A DNA stretch of 64,000 nucleotides. It comes from Geosiphon pyriformis uo1 (taxonomy: Eukaryota; Fungi; Glomeromycota). Both the position numbers and the translations under genes were made by a program. Below are positions 26,193 to 39,619 of this stretch, one piece after another. The notes beneath the pieces were generated by a model that saw only the letters and a list, made by a program, of their open reading frames with translations, searched no databases and was not told the DNA's origin. The stretch is from the NCBI GenBank assembly GCA_016748015.1, contig JAAOMT010000590.1, positions 429,912-493,911 of the forward strand, in the 5' to 3' direction. Each line of letters begins with the position of its first letter. Within the stretch, counting starts at the first letter, position 1.

Positions 26193-29023
26193 TCAAATTG
26201 GAACTTGAGTCAATCGGCGGATTGGTCGTACGAGAGGAGATCGCGTTTTTCTTATATGAAATTTGGGTGAGCGAGGTTTTGTTGACCATAAGGATTGAGG
26301 TTCTTTCTGACTTTTTAGATTAAAACATTTGAAATCTACTATATAAAAAATAAAAAAAATAAAAAGATAGTTTAGATTGCGATTCGATTCGATTATTGTC
26401 ATTTAAAGGGTAATTTGATCAACTATTACCGTGATTAGTCAAATTCTTTGCTCTTTCTGAATCTGTGACTTTGGGAAATTTTCCACGAATGTACAACCTT
26501 GCTCGCAAGCCAAACAAACGGTAGTTGGAATGTAATAGACTCAAGGCTGTCAAGAGAACTATTACAAGAATTATCAAGCCAATTCGTTCTACTAATACTA
26601 ACTATTTGAAGATTAAAAATGAGATTTCAAAATGGACGAATAAAAACAAAAGAGAAACCTGGTCCACGAACCTCTTGGTGTAATTTTTGAAAATCCGATT
26701 TTAACAATTTTATTTCGTTTTGGTGTTGTTCCACAATATTCTCAACACTGGCAACAATATTTTTCGTGTTTTTTTCAGTTTGAGCCTAAAGAGGAGAAAA
26801 AATTTTTTAATATATTAATGTGAACAGTTAATTATTTGCTTTAAAATTTTCCATACCAATTGGTTGAAGGTTTTATTCAGATCATTAATTATAGTCATCA
26901 TTTGAGATTCGGATGATTGAATCCTGTTAGCAAGGTTTTTGAGAAAGTTATGTTGCTGCTCCATATAAATTCGGGAATTAGTTGCATTATTTTCCAAGAA
27001 TGAAAGTCTTTTCATAATTTTTTGAAAGATATTGAGTGAGCCAGATGCTGGATAATTAGAGAGTCCCTGAAAATCCCATTTTGCTACACCTGTATTTAAT
27101 ATCGTTGGTGGTGCTTTTTGTTCATTGAAATTAGGAATCGAAGGTATTGGGATTGATCTTTTGGAAATTTTTTCTTTCTCAGCTTGATAGGGTCGTGATT
27201 CCATTTTTTCGTATGGTAGCGAAATGGGATCAGAAAATTTTGGTTCGTATTTAATATAATAAGGAAGACATTGATTCTCAAGACAATATCTCATTTTTTC
27301 TGTCATCAAAGAATTAGAAGGAATTCTATAATGACTTTTTTTGGCCAAATTATCGTGAATGGGAGATACTTGATATTCAAATACGGAGTAAATATCTGGA
27401 GCTGGAGAAGAGCTAATCGAATTATCAGGCATAAATAGCTGATTAGTTGATAGGCCAATCAAGTTTAAGCTTTCAGAAGTCGATATTTTGGATTTAGGGC
27501 GGCTGTTTTGGTCAAGATTCCAAGTTAAATTTAAATCCAGAGACTCTTTTTGGGGTTTTTTATTATAATTTTCTTCTTCAGCTTTGAGATATTGTCTCAA
27601 GTCATCGATTAAGTTGTCGCCAGTCTTATTAGCAGATTGTATATCTTGTTGATCATTGGATGATGTTTCATCACCCCTTAAAATATGCTCCTCTTCCTCC
27701 TTTTTATATTCTTCTATCATGCTGGTCCCATGGACTCTTAGGAGACTTATAGGGCAATATTTTTGCTGACCATAATGAGTCAAAAAGTCTATGCGCAAAT
27801 ATCTTGTCCAAATCAAAGGATTTTCAACTTTGAAAAGCTGAGAGAAAACAATTTAGTTAGCATTGACATGGAGTTTATATGGCAACAGTATCCGTTCGAA
27901 TAACAATAATAAAATATTTGAATATATAAACCTGCATTTCTCTCGAATTTTTTGCCTTAAATTCACCCAAAATTTTCCAGGGATTCTCTTTAGTTGGTGG
28001 ATAGCGATTGCTAACAGATACCCTTAAATCTTTGAAAGTCGAGGAGAAAAATTCAAAGTTGGCAATAACAAAAGAATTAATTAAAATATCCTCACACAAT
28101 TCGACCACTACAAATTTTTCAGCGGCACATTTGTTAAGCATATAGAAATCCTTGCTTTCAGAAAGAAGAGCGCTGGTTCCTTTCGCTTCTGGATTCGCTT
28201 TAAGAATGGAAGCAGCACAATCGAGTGATGCATAATTAGTTAACTCGGCCAAATATTGTTTGTTCACTGGAACGTTTGAAATAGTTTTTACAGGTCCTGT
28301 ACTCTGTTTGATATCAGGTTCAATGGTGTGATTAAATTGTGGTTTGATCTCATTATTGTTTAAATTAAAAATCTCTTCATTGTCGTAAGATATTCGATCT
28401 TGGGTATTACTTTCATCAAACATAGAGCCTATATCTCCCTCAGTATCGAAGGAGTCTATTAACTGATCATTTACATCAATTCCAGCTGATTGAGAGCCAA
28501 TACGCTTTCTATTGCGAGATTTTATATCTGCTTCTTCTTGACCTTCTTTTTTAAGGGTATCTTTTCTCCATTCATCAAAAGGCAAAAGTGACGTGTGTGT
28601 GTCGTTTATTGAAAAGTATGATTCGGAGAGTGCTCTCTTTCCTGCTCCGTTTTTTCCTTTTAAAGTGGATTGATCTTTTTTTTTTTCTTTATTTTGACTG
28701 GGCCTACACTGATTTTGGTTTTTCTCTCCTTCACCACAAACGGTGTGAGCGCTGGCCATGTTTAAGTAACTCTGGCAATGAATGCTCTTCCACAAAAGGT
28801 TGTCAAGTTCAGCGTTCCAAAGACACTCTCCAAAACGAGTTTGGTCAACAAATTTCAAGGCGCTGGAGTTTAGAGTTGGTTTTTGTTGGGAAAAAGACCT
28901 GTTCAAAATTAAGTATATAACCACAATACTCCAGTTAAGGAAAGGCCAGAACATGGCGGATTCTATTTGTCGACTTGAATTTTCTTCCGAGATCTGATAT
29001 AAAGGTTTTGTGGCCAGTTCCAT
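26193..29023 (-). CDS. SLP1: Mid-SUN domain protein (Slp1/SUCO family), multi-exon
   Basis: NYASLDCAA, KDFYMLNKC, VVVELCEDI, IANFEFFSSTFKD, RYLRIDFLTHYG..YCPISLLRVHG, NIFQKIMKRL, a coiled coil and TM segment IGLIILVIVLLTAL. Exact start and last exon uncertain. Confidence 0.88.
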
Positions 29024-29257
29024 AAATGATTTATGATGAGTTGTTCGATTGAAAACTTACTTTCAAAACAAAAAAGTAAGAAAACCCATTATAAATAAAA
29101 GTTTTTGGTAAATTTAGGTTGATTTTTTTTATTTAGGAATGATATCAAGAAGTAGTACCAAAATATTGCCCACCCAGATGATGGTCAAATTTAGTTGAAT
29201 GACAGGATTATTTAAATTCATTATTTTTTGCGATCAATACTCCGCAACAATCCTCCC

Positions 29258-29348
<91 letters not shown>

Positions 29349-29351
29349 TTC

Positions 29352-29390
<39 letters not shown>

Positions 29391-29454
29391 GTTGTTGTTG
29401 GTGGTTGTGGTTGTGGTTGTGGTTGTGGTTGTGGTTGTGGTTGTGGTTGTGGTT
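29258..29454. repeat. Compound microsatellite (GAT)30-(GTT)n-(GTTGTG)n
   Basis: Three abutting, near-perfect simple repeats about 235 bp upstream of the SLP1 ORF start. Confidence 0.97.
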
Positions 29455-29579
29455 TTGGAAGTATAATAAGTTATCGTCATTCATTTTTCGATTTCATTGG
29501 TGCAAAAAACAAATTTCGTCAATGATTGCATCAATATTACCTAATTTTATGATATTAATAATGATCAATATTTGAATTC

Positions 29580-30400
29580 TTATTTTAAAGAAAACAGTTA
29601 TTTTTTATTTCGATTATTTTTTGGGCCGAAAATAACATGTACAATCATTTTTGTTTTATATTATTATTTTAAATTTTACGACTAATTAATAATTATTTGT
29701 AATAATTCAGAATCAAAAGCCTTTTAATTATATAAAAATAGTAAACAAAATAATATTATAATTAAACCAGATTATTTTAAATGAAACAAATTTATTAAAA
29801 AATATATAGCATAAACTCAAGTATTTTTAAAAGTTTTAAAAGAAATTTAATTTTGTTAAAAAAACATTAATATTAATTGAATATTTATTAGTTTAATAAA
29901 AATTTACATTCAAAAAAGTTCAAAATTAGAATTTTATTGAAAAAAAAAAAGTTCAGTTATTAAAAATAATATATATTATCTTAATTATAATATTTTATTA
30001 ATTTAATTTAATTTATATCAATTCACAAATTTAATTAAATGTAATAATTAAAAATTAATATTACTAAAAATGCAAATATAAATAACTAATTTTTGGTCAA
30101 ATAATAATAATTATTATTAAAATATCAAAAAAATTTTGATAACTTATTTTGGCTTATTTGTTAACAAATTTTGTTTTATTATCAATAATTACTATTAATT
30201 TGCTGTTTGTAATAAAAAATTTTGGTTATAATCAAAACTTTTAAATTATTTAAAAGTATTTAATTTTAATAATAATTTTGATTTTGATTTTTTAATTTCA
30301 AATATAATATTATGATTGTTTTTTAAAAATAATAAATAAATCTTGTAAATTATTTATAGTTAAAAAAAAATTTGAAATTTTTAAGAACTAAAGGCATTTT
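29580..30400. other. Extremely AT-rich block
   Basis: Very few C or G bases and no ORFs in the track. Confidence 0.8.
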
Positions 30401-30810
30401 ATAGCAATTTGGCTTTCCAATATAACAAGCAAAACCCTTTCAAATTAAAATGGAAAAAAAATCATGTGTTCATCAATCTTATTTGATTAAATAGCAAAAA
30501 TCTGGTATTATTATTTTTAATATTGTTAATTGAAATAAACTAAAGATTTCAAATCTTTAAATCTTTAAATAAATAAATAAATAATGAAGAAACGCTAGAA
30601 CGATAAAATACAGTTTCGAGAATAGAACTATATATAATAATAATAACAAATTGTTTACAAGTTAAAAAGATTTCAGAGTAAAAGTTCTTTGTATTTATGT
30701 TTTATCGGATATATTTTTTACCCTAATATTCGCAGATATATAAAAACTGTTATGCAACCTTAGTGCCTAGCGAATAGCAAAACCAAATTATTCACGCCCA
30801 CAATCAAAAA

Positions 30811-31350
30811 TCAAGGGGAAGGTTTAGACTCTAGATGGTCGTTTAACCATTTTTTAGCCTCATCTAGTGATATATTATCAGGAAGTGGAATTGGAAGCAA
30901 CTTTTGAATCCCTTGGAATAACACCTCGCCATTAAAATTTTGAGGGTTAGGGGTAGGGTTAAGGGTAGAGCTAGAGCTAGAGCTAGGGTTAGGGTTAGTA
31001 AAGGTATAGGTATAGGTAGAGGTATAGGTAGAGGTACTAGAGATTGAGATGGAGGTAGAGATTGAGGTAGAGATTGAGGTGATAGGGGTAGGATTAGGTG
31101 TAGGGCTAAGTTTATGTGTAAGTTTAGCGTCAGATTTAGTGGCTGGAAGTTCATTTATATATAGAGGGTCAGGGTCAGAACTTGGCATTGATAAATAATT
31201 GTTATTGTTAACTCCAAAGGGGGAATCGAAATCGATGCCAAGGGGATCGAATGTTTGGGGCGTTGGTAGTGGAGATGAATACATCACAACAGGCCAGCTG
31301 GTAAATAATAGAACAGTAAATAATAAAGTAAATAGAAAGTAATGTTTCAT
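30811..31350 (-). CDS. Intronless orphan secreted protein, Pro/Ser/Thr-rich, 179 aa
   Basis: Signal peptide MKHYFLFTLLFTVLLFTSWPVVMYS followed by SPLP; hexamer-derived dipeptide repeats; TATAAA about 150 bp upstream on the minus strand. Confidence 0.7.
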   Translation of the reverse strand: MKHYFLFTLLFTVLLFTSWPVVMYSSPLPTPQTFDPLGIDFDSPFGVNNNNYLSMPSSDPDPLYINELPATKSDAKLTHKLSPTPNPTPITSISTSISTSISISSTSTYTSTYTYTFTNPNPSSSSSSTLNPTPNPQNFNGEVLFQGIQKLLPIPLPDNISLDEAKKWLNDHLESKPSP

Positions 31351-32379
31351 TATGGGGGAGGGGGAGGGGGAGGGGGGGTAATTTAGAGGGTAGTATTAAA
31401 GATTTGATGTTGAACAAATTTTTAATGCAGAAGAAAAGTTGACAATACAAATTAATATTGGAATTAGGTACTTTTAAGAGCTGTTTATATCTACGATAAA
31501 CTATTAGCATCAAATAAATGGATTTTAAAAACCCATAACTTTCGTCAACTTTTTGGCCGGAAAATTTTTTTTTTTTTTTAAATTTTTTCATCTGTTATCA
31601 TATGTTATAAAAATTTTCCGAATACACAACACTGAAATTAATTGGTGGTAGATAATAGTATTTTGTAAGATATACGCAAAAATAGCCAGATGAATTTCCG
31701 GTGTTTGAATTAACTTTTTAAGTCACTTTTTGTATTTTAAAAGAATTCTCTTTGGGAATTTTTCTTTGCTTAACGTATAAGTTTCAGACACAATAGGCAA
31801 GTGTGAAAAAGATTTCAGGAATTCACGAAAAACATGTCCGTGAGTAGCGCGGCGGTGTTCAATTAAAAACAAAGAGATCCAAAAAAAATTTACTTATTTT
31901 ATTAATATATTTATCATTCTTTTTAAAGAGATTAAAAAACTTAATATTATGAAAGACCAAATGTTAAAATACTTTGAACGGAATATTCTAGTTTCCTTGA
32001 ACTTTCAACCATCAAATTTTATCAAAGAATAGTCAACTATACCTTTTTAACTCTTTTGAAAAGTAGATAATTCTTTTAAAAAGAATAAAAATAAATTTAA
32101 CTAATAAATTAATTAATTAAAACAGTGCCATTTATTAACCAAAAAAAAACTTATTATAAATAAATCTGATAAGTATTATTAAATCATTTGATTCTCTCAT
32201 CATCCTGGCAATTTTTCGAATCATTTAAAGTGGGAGCTTTTCAAAAGTAAGCTATAATTTTTCTCAAAAAGAATTTGCCATTATTGTAAATCAAAGATAT
32301 TTTTGCATATGATAAAATTCGGATACTTTTTTTTAATCGAATGAGAAATTTATCAAATCAAATATTCTAACAATAATTA

Positions 32380-33784
32380 CTTGACTTTAAACTTTTATTT
32401 TAGTCAATCAGCTTTTAAAGTTAATTAAACATATCATATATTATGTATTTTTAAATTCAAAGTTAATAACTACATATATTTGTTTTATTCACAAACTTAA
32501 ACTTATTTATATTATTATTTTTTGAATCAAGTATTTCCTTATTTAATTATTAAAAATAAATTATTTGAATTAAAAAGTTTTTATCTTTAAATATAATATA
32601 ATATAATATAATATAATATAATCAAATTGAATGCACTGCTTTTTTTTTACCTTATAATTTGCAATATTCTCTGATTCCAAAAGTTCACAATTCGATGAAT
32701 TGACATGTTAACACGTTTGAATTATTTTCGCAATTAAGAAATAAAATGATTTTAAATTTAAAAAAATAATTAAAAAAATAATTCAATATATTAAAGAAAT
32801 AAAATTAAAGTATTTAATCTCAATAAGCACTATTTTTTTTATAAAATGTGTAAAAATTAAGTAACTAGTTAAATTTTTTACATATAATATCAATAAAACC
32901 AAAAGTAATCTTGATATTATTGTTAATACTTGATTAAAAATTTTAAATTTTAATAAATAAAAAATAAATCTTTGAAATAAAAAATAATATTTATTATTAT
33001 TATTATTATTATTATTAATTTATGCTTAAATAAAATATAACTCAATTATTATTTAATACAATACAATAATAAATATTCTAATTTAAAAATAAATTATGTA
33101 TTTTTTAAATATAATCAATTATTTTAACTAGTTAAAACTATTTAAAACACTCATTTTATGTATAAATTATTATTATTATTATTATTATTATTATAAATAG
33201 TTTTTTTAATTGAATTCTCATAATTTAGTGCTATTATATAAATAATAACTTTAAGATTTTTTTATAAATTTAAAGATTTTTTAATAAAACTCTTTATATA
33301 AATAACAAAAATCTATTTATATAATGGCTTTTAATACTTGATATTTAACTTTTTTGTATTTTTTAATAAATTTATTCTGGTATTTTTATCTTTTTAATAA
33401 GTTAATTAACTTAATTAGTTAATTTTATGATTTTTTTATGTGTTTTTTACCAGATTATTTATAATATTATATATTTACAATATTATTTTTTTCAAGATAA
33501 AATAAAATAAAATAAAATAAATATAAAATAAATATGAAAAATAAAAAATTGTTATTTTATTAATAACTATAATCAAAAGTTATTGGTTTAAAATAATAAA
33601 ATTAGTTTTATGTTTTTACTATTTGTTAATATTAAGTAATTTAATAATAAGTTTAATAAATAATAACAATATTTTGAATTTATAAATTTGAATAATAATT
33701 TTATTTGAAATAATTTCAATTTAAAAATAAGAATAATTTTTAATTTTTTGGTTATTTATTTATTAAATTTATTTTTTTGTTAAC

Positions 33785-33817
<33 letters not shown>

Positions 33818-33900
33818 TTAATAATATAAAATATTCAGGTATTTTAATTATTTCTAATATTTCAAATATTTCTGGTATTTTTAATATTTTTTTATAATTA
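32380..33900. other. Extremely AT-rich block with (AATAT)n, (ATT)n, (ATAAA)n and (TA)n runs
   Basis: Direct base composition; no ORFs in the track. Confidence 0.8.
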
Positions 33901-34031
33901 TTTGAAAAAATGGAATTTTGATCATTCTTATCATTACAACATTCTCAAAAATAAAAACAAATATGACAAAAACTTTAAATCTTTGATCAGCTCATTTTTT
34001 ACTTTTGAACATAATTCTGAAAATTATCATA

Positions 34032-36233
34032 ATGGGTATTCTCGAGAAAATTCAAGAAATCGAAAAGGAAATCTCCCGGACGCAAAAGAATAAAGGTAAT
34101 AGTAAAGGTGAAAGTATACACTTAATCCTACTGGCCTACTTAATTAGTTCACTTTGTAAAACACTTTAAGCGACGGAATATCACCTTGGTCTATTGAAAG
34201 CCAAATTAGCAAGATATCGGGTTCAACTATTGGAACCGTCCAAGGGTGGTGGTGCCAAGGTATCTCTTCAAATAACCATTCCTAAAGTATTAGCCTTCTA
34301 TACCGGTACATTTTGCTTTTAATAAAATATTTTCATAGGGGGAAGGTTTTGATGTAATGAAAAGTGGAGATGCACGTATCGCGTTAATTGGGTTTCCATC
34401 CGTTGGTAAATCCACCTTGCTTAATCATCTTACAAAAACTCATTCTGAGGCTGGCGCTTACGAATTCACCACTTTAACCTGTATTCCCGGGAAAATTGAA
34501 TACAATGGAGCTAATATTCAGTTGTTGGATTTGCCAGGAATTATAGAGGGCGCCTCACAAGGTTAATAAATTTGAGGATATATATCATTATGTTAGAATC
34601 TCATACGTTTTTTCTTCCCAAATGATTAGGTAAAGGTCGTGGAAGACAAGTAATTGCTGTTGCGAAAACAGCAGATTTAATCCTTATGATGTTGGATGCC
34701 ACTAAAAGTAGGCAACAGCGGTATTATAGAATAATATACATTCTAACCATGGCAAATAGGGAGGGATATAGGCATTGGACTTATCAAAATATTTTCATAG
34801 TGTATTGCTCGAGCGGGAGCTCGAAGCTGTTGGTATCAGATTAAACAAAGCCAGACCAAATGTTTATTTTAAGGTTCGTGAGTTTTTGAAGTTTATTTCA
34901 AAATTTTCAAAGGTTTTGGACTGTGATCTTTCAATCTATTTCAGATTAAAAAAGGCGGCGGGATCGGCTTCAATTCCACTGTCAGATTGACACATGTGAA
35001 TGCTCAGATGGTTTATCAAATATTACACGACTACAGTATCCTTGAAATAATTCGCAACAATTCATGTACTATTGATCATATATTTATTCTCAATTAACCA
35101 AGAAATTTTTAATGCTGAGGTATTGATACGCGAAGATATCACAGTCGATGAATTTATTGACATAGTATTGGGGAATCGTAAATATATTAACTGCATATAT
35201 GTAAGTGTTCCCAGATTTTTCTATTGGCCCATTTTTATTCGAAAAAAGTATGGGAAAAAGATAAATAAGAACTAGAGACGAGCACCAATTAAGGGATGTG
35301 GGTGTTTCATGAGATTGAAGCTTAATAATTATCTTCTGTGTTTGCCTCTCTAAATGATTGGCCAAAACAATATACGATCTCATTGATTTGTATCAAACTC
35401 GAAAGGAACTCTGCGTTTGCTCTGATATTCGATTTTTGATTAACATCATGTTTTTTTTCAGTGTTATAATAAAATCGACTCAATCACATTAGAGGAATTA
35501 GATCGTCTAGCGAAGGAACCGAAAACAATTGTCATTAGGTAAAACTTCTGAATATTTGATTTTTAACTAACCTTTATTCGCTTTTATGGCTAATCCAACG
35601 GAAACTACAAGTTGTGAAATGAACTTGAATCTGGATTATCTTATGGAAGAAATGTGGAAACACCTTAACCTTTTAAGGGTCTATACAAAGAAAAGGGGAG
35701 GTATTTAAAGAACTCAATCTCTATTATCATCAAAAATTTAGGTAATTTACTATCAATTAAATCATGGCATTTCCGTGGGTCCTTTCTATTTAGAATACCC
35801 TGATTTTGAAACAGGACTGATTGTCAGGAATGGGGCTACCGTCGAGCATGTGGTTTGTATACTCTTCCGAGAGTAATTACCTTTTTTTATCACTAATATC
35901 AGTCCTGGCAAAAACTTATCTAGTGTCATGCCATCCATCGGTCACTTGTCGCTGAGTTTCGATATGCACTTATATGGGTATTTATTAAATTTGATCTTTC
36001 GGTTATGTATTTGAACTTTTTCGTTCAATCATTTTGCTGATTCTACTACTCAACAGGGGACATCAACAAAACATAATCCGCAACGCGTTGGGTTATCACA
36101 TGTAATGGAAAATGAAGACGTGATTCAAGGTTACTGTTATTCTTTCATATATGAGGTGTTTATCGATTTTCCTCACTCGGCAATTATTTGATCCCTTTAA
36201 TTAATTCTAATTTTAGTGGTGAAAAAGAAATAG
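34032..36233 (+). CDS. RBG2: Developmentally regulated GTPase DRG2/Rbg2, 13 exons
   Basis: [64 protein letters not shown] and a TGS domain ending ...EDVIQVVKKK*. Confidence 0.95.
35036..35102 (+). other. U12-type GT-AG intron in RBG2
   Basis: 5' site GTATCCTTG and branch-like TTCTCAAT close to the AG, with no pyrimidine tract. Removal gives LHDY-K-IFNAEV. Confidence 0.75.
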
Positions 36234-36558
36234 CTCTATTATTCAAAAATACAGATCAGGATGATATTTGTGCTCATCTGATATCAGGAGTTACAATCAA
36301 TTACCAGCCTATAGTTCCCATGTTTGAAAATAGAAAATTTTTCTAATTTAAACCTTTCTACTTAAAAGTATAATCGATGTCAAAAATATTTTTTGAAATA
36401 ATTATCACGTATGAAACTATTGATAGATTCAAATACATTTTTACCATTTAATGTTTTTCGCAGTCCCATCGATCATTCCTTATTTAAAACTGGTCTGAAT
36501 ATATATATATATATTCAGAATCAATTCTCCTTAAGCTTGAATTTGCAAAGTGGGAGCC

Positions 36559-39201
36559 ATGTTCTTTTATCATTTAAAGTTTGAACTATACCTTCCTTCA
36601 CCAGAAACCCCTTTAAAAGATTACCAAGGCTTGAAAAAAGAACCATCCCAGAAAATACTTGAAGAATTATATTACGTTCCAAAAAACATCTTCGCCCCTT
36701 TACCAGTGCATTCAAAACCGAATAAATTGCCATTGAGGGAAACGTGTCGTAACTCGTCAAAGATTAAAGCGAAATCAAGAGAATTCCCTTTAGCAAAAGT
36801 CCGAAAACCTGTCGCGACAGATCAAGTGCCTGCTATTCCACCCACTCCGGCACCCGAGAAAGAAAATCCCAAGTCCGGTCGAAACTCTTTAGGTTGGCAA
36901 GTAAAAGGAAGAGGCAAAACTATTGTCCCTTCTTCAACTGCTGTTGAATTAGAAACTAGCACGACACCCGACAAGACTCAGGACTTTCGTTTCGGTCCAA
37001 TTTCTATCGAGTGGTTTGCTCAAGAGAGTCTCAAAATGAGCGAGAAAGTGGAAAACATTACCTTAACCTCGAATGAGGACGTAGAAGATCAAGTAAATTT
37101 CTCTAATTCTAGGCCCCCAGCAACCACGTCATCTACTGCTTCAACTACGGTGGAATCCAATGGTCAGACAGTTAAAAAGAGTGGTTATTCGATAACGCGA
37201 CCTACAGCACAATATGTACCCCTTGAGCCGAATAGAACAAACCTTGGGTTTGGGATTTTACACTTGTATAGAGATCCCAAAGAAATCTCGGTGCTTCCCA
37301 CAACTCAAGCCACTACTGAAGTTGAAAATGACTCATTAGATCAAATTAATCCACCTTTAGAAGATATCGAGGAATTATTGGAACAGAAGATCGATGATCC
37401 TAACCTTGGTATTAACGAACGAACTATACTAGCCGTTCTTGCTGTGCCTATATCTTTCAGCGCCTCAGATTTTTTGGGATTTGTTGCGCCTGTAAGGAAA
37501 TTCGTGAGCCATTTTAGGATGATCAAGTATGAGATAAGAAAAACATCGAGATCCTTTTGACTTTCATTGACGAGAATTAAACTTGTAGGGATCCTGGACC
37601 AAATAAATATTTAGTTTTAATGAAATTCCGCAATTCGCGGTCTGCTATGGAGTTTTACAATAATTATAATGGCCGCGCCTTTTCTTCGATGGAAGTGAGT
37701 TTTCCATTTTTTGGAAGCTGGTTGCTAGCGCTATCGCTTACCCAACACAACCTCTGAATTATTTTCAACATCAGCCGGAAATTTGTCATGTAGTTTATAT
37801 CAAATCTATCGAATTTAAATCAACCTCCAAGCCGGCACATGAGTTTTCTTTTCTACATGACCCTTTCCTTTTAGAGATGCAACAATCAAGCTCCACATCT
37901 ATCCCGCATGAGTTGCCGACATGCCCGGTATGTCTTGAACGAATGGACTCAAATGCAACTGGTTTGCTGACTATTCAATGCCAGCATACCTTTCATTGCA
38001 AATGTTTAAGCAAATGGGGAGATAGTAGGTTGGTATTGAGAGACCGTGATTCTGATTTAAGAATTTCTCTTAATGGCATCATATTTATTGAATCAATAGT
38101 TGCCCAGTGTGTCGCTATAGTCAAAAAAGAGATATGCTTGATAACTCCCTTCAGCAAAACGAGTGTGGGGTCTGTGGTGCTACTGAATCCCTTTGGATGT
38201 GTATATTATGCGGAAATGTGGGGTGTGGTCGTTATCAAGGTGCACATGCTTATTATCATTATAAAGAAACTCCGACACACTTATACGCAATTGAGCTGGA
38301 GACCCAAAGGGTCTGGGATTATGCTGGAGATGGGTGAGCAATAAAGGAGCTTTTTCTATGTGGGAGATTATTCAATATTTCAATCATTTTATTCTCCATC
38401 AGATATGTCCATCGGTTGATTCAAAACAAATCGGATGGAAAACTTGTAGAATTGCCAAGCCCAAATACACCGTCCCAGATACAAACCACACAAAATACAG
38501 TTAGTCAGGTTAGTTATTGTGTGTTCGGATAATCCTTTTTTCTAATATTTCACAAAATTTTGATTCAAAATAATATCTTTAGGATAAAGTGGATCAAATT
38601 GAATTGGAATATAGCCACCTCGTAATAACCCAGCTATCCTCTCAACGAACCTACTATGAAGAAAAGCTTGCCTCAGTCACTCTTCAAATCTCATCTCTCA
38701 ATGATCAATTTCAAAAGCTTATTGAAGAAGTTTCAAGCCTCCGGCAGGACAATGATAAAATAAAACATCAAAAAGAATTACTAGAAAGTCATGAGATACC
38801 AAACTTAATGAAAGAGAAGAATATTCTTGAAAAAAAATTGACAAAATCTAGAGAGAAGACGGAAAAAATTGAGAAAGATCGGAAAGAGGAAAAAGAGGTA
38901 GGTAAAGGTCGAAGTTATTTAAAGCATAAATACTCGGATTCTTTTATACCCAGATATTTAATTTCTCTGTAAACAGCTGGCAAAGTTTCTGGCCCATAAT
39001 CAAGAGGAACTTCAGAAACAACTCACAATCAAGGATGGTGTCATCAAAAATCTTGAGGAGCAGGTGAAGGATTTGATGTTTTATTTAGCTGCTCAAGAAA
39101 AGATCAAAAACAATCCTGATCTTGTTGGCGGTCAAGTTGCTGTACCTGAAAATAGCAACAGTGCAGGAGAGGGAGGGCGTAAGAAAAAAGGGAAAAAGTA
39201 A
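36559..39201 (+). CDS. ETP1: BRAP2/IMP/Etp1 RING and ZnF-UBP ubiquitin ligase, multi-exon
   Basis: BRAP2 domain, ELPTCPVCLERMD..CQHTFHCKCL RING, LWMCILCGNVGCGRY..HA..HY UBP finger, [27 protein letters not shown] and coiled coil ending EQVKDLMFYL. Confidence 0.92.
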
Positions 39202-39619
39202 CTTAAATATACTATACCATCACTTCAGCACCTCGAGGTATGTTTTTAGTTTTCCACAACTGTCCAATTGAGTAAAATACGGATTAAATTGGTTCTTTGA
39301 AATCATTAATCTTTTTTCTAATTTTGAAATCTCAAACCTCTCATTAGGCAATTTTCTTTATAGATATTGCCAACGCAGTTGCTTGGCCAAAATTTATGTA
39401 CGGAGGAATTCGGACTTATTTAAATTTAATTCCTTTTGAAAGTTTAAAGGTATTCTGATTTGTAACATTCTAGTCAACAGCTACCAGCTGTTGACTTTTG
39501 GCCGCTTCTAGCGGCATCAAGATTTCTATTTTTTCCAATAAAGAGGAATATTTTCTTCATGGGCGCAGCTGATAATTTTCGATATCTGTTATATAATCAA
39601 AAAACAAATCCAAATTTTT

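Noticed and set aside
26430-26790. Suspected frameshifts in the SLP1 3' exons
   Set aside because: Recounting the homopolymers shows the exons join in frame.
29199-29575. Four ORFs with poly-M, poly-D, poly-H and poly-S
   Set aside because: Artefacts of stop-free microsatellite frames; no coding context.
30943-31000. True telomere or interstitial telomeric array
   Set aside because: Only a few perfect TTAGGG units, inside an ORF in the middle of the window.
39468-39515. Helitron 3' end
   Set aside because: Hairpin-to-CTAG spacing is too long, the next base is not T, and no 5' TC end or Rep/helicase was seen.
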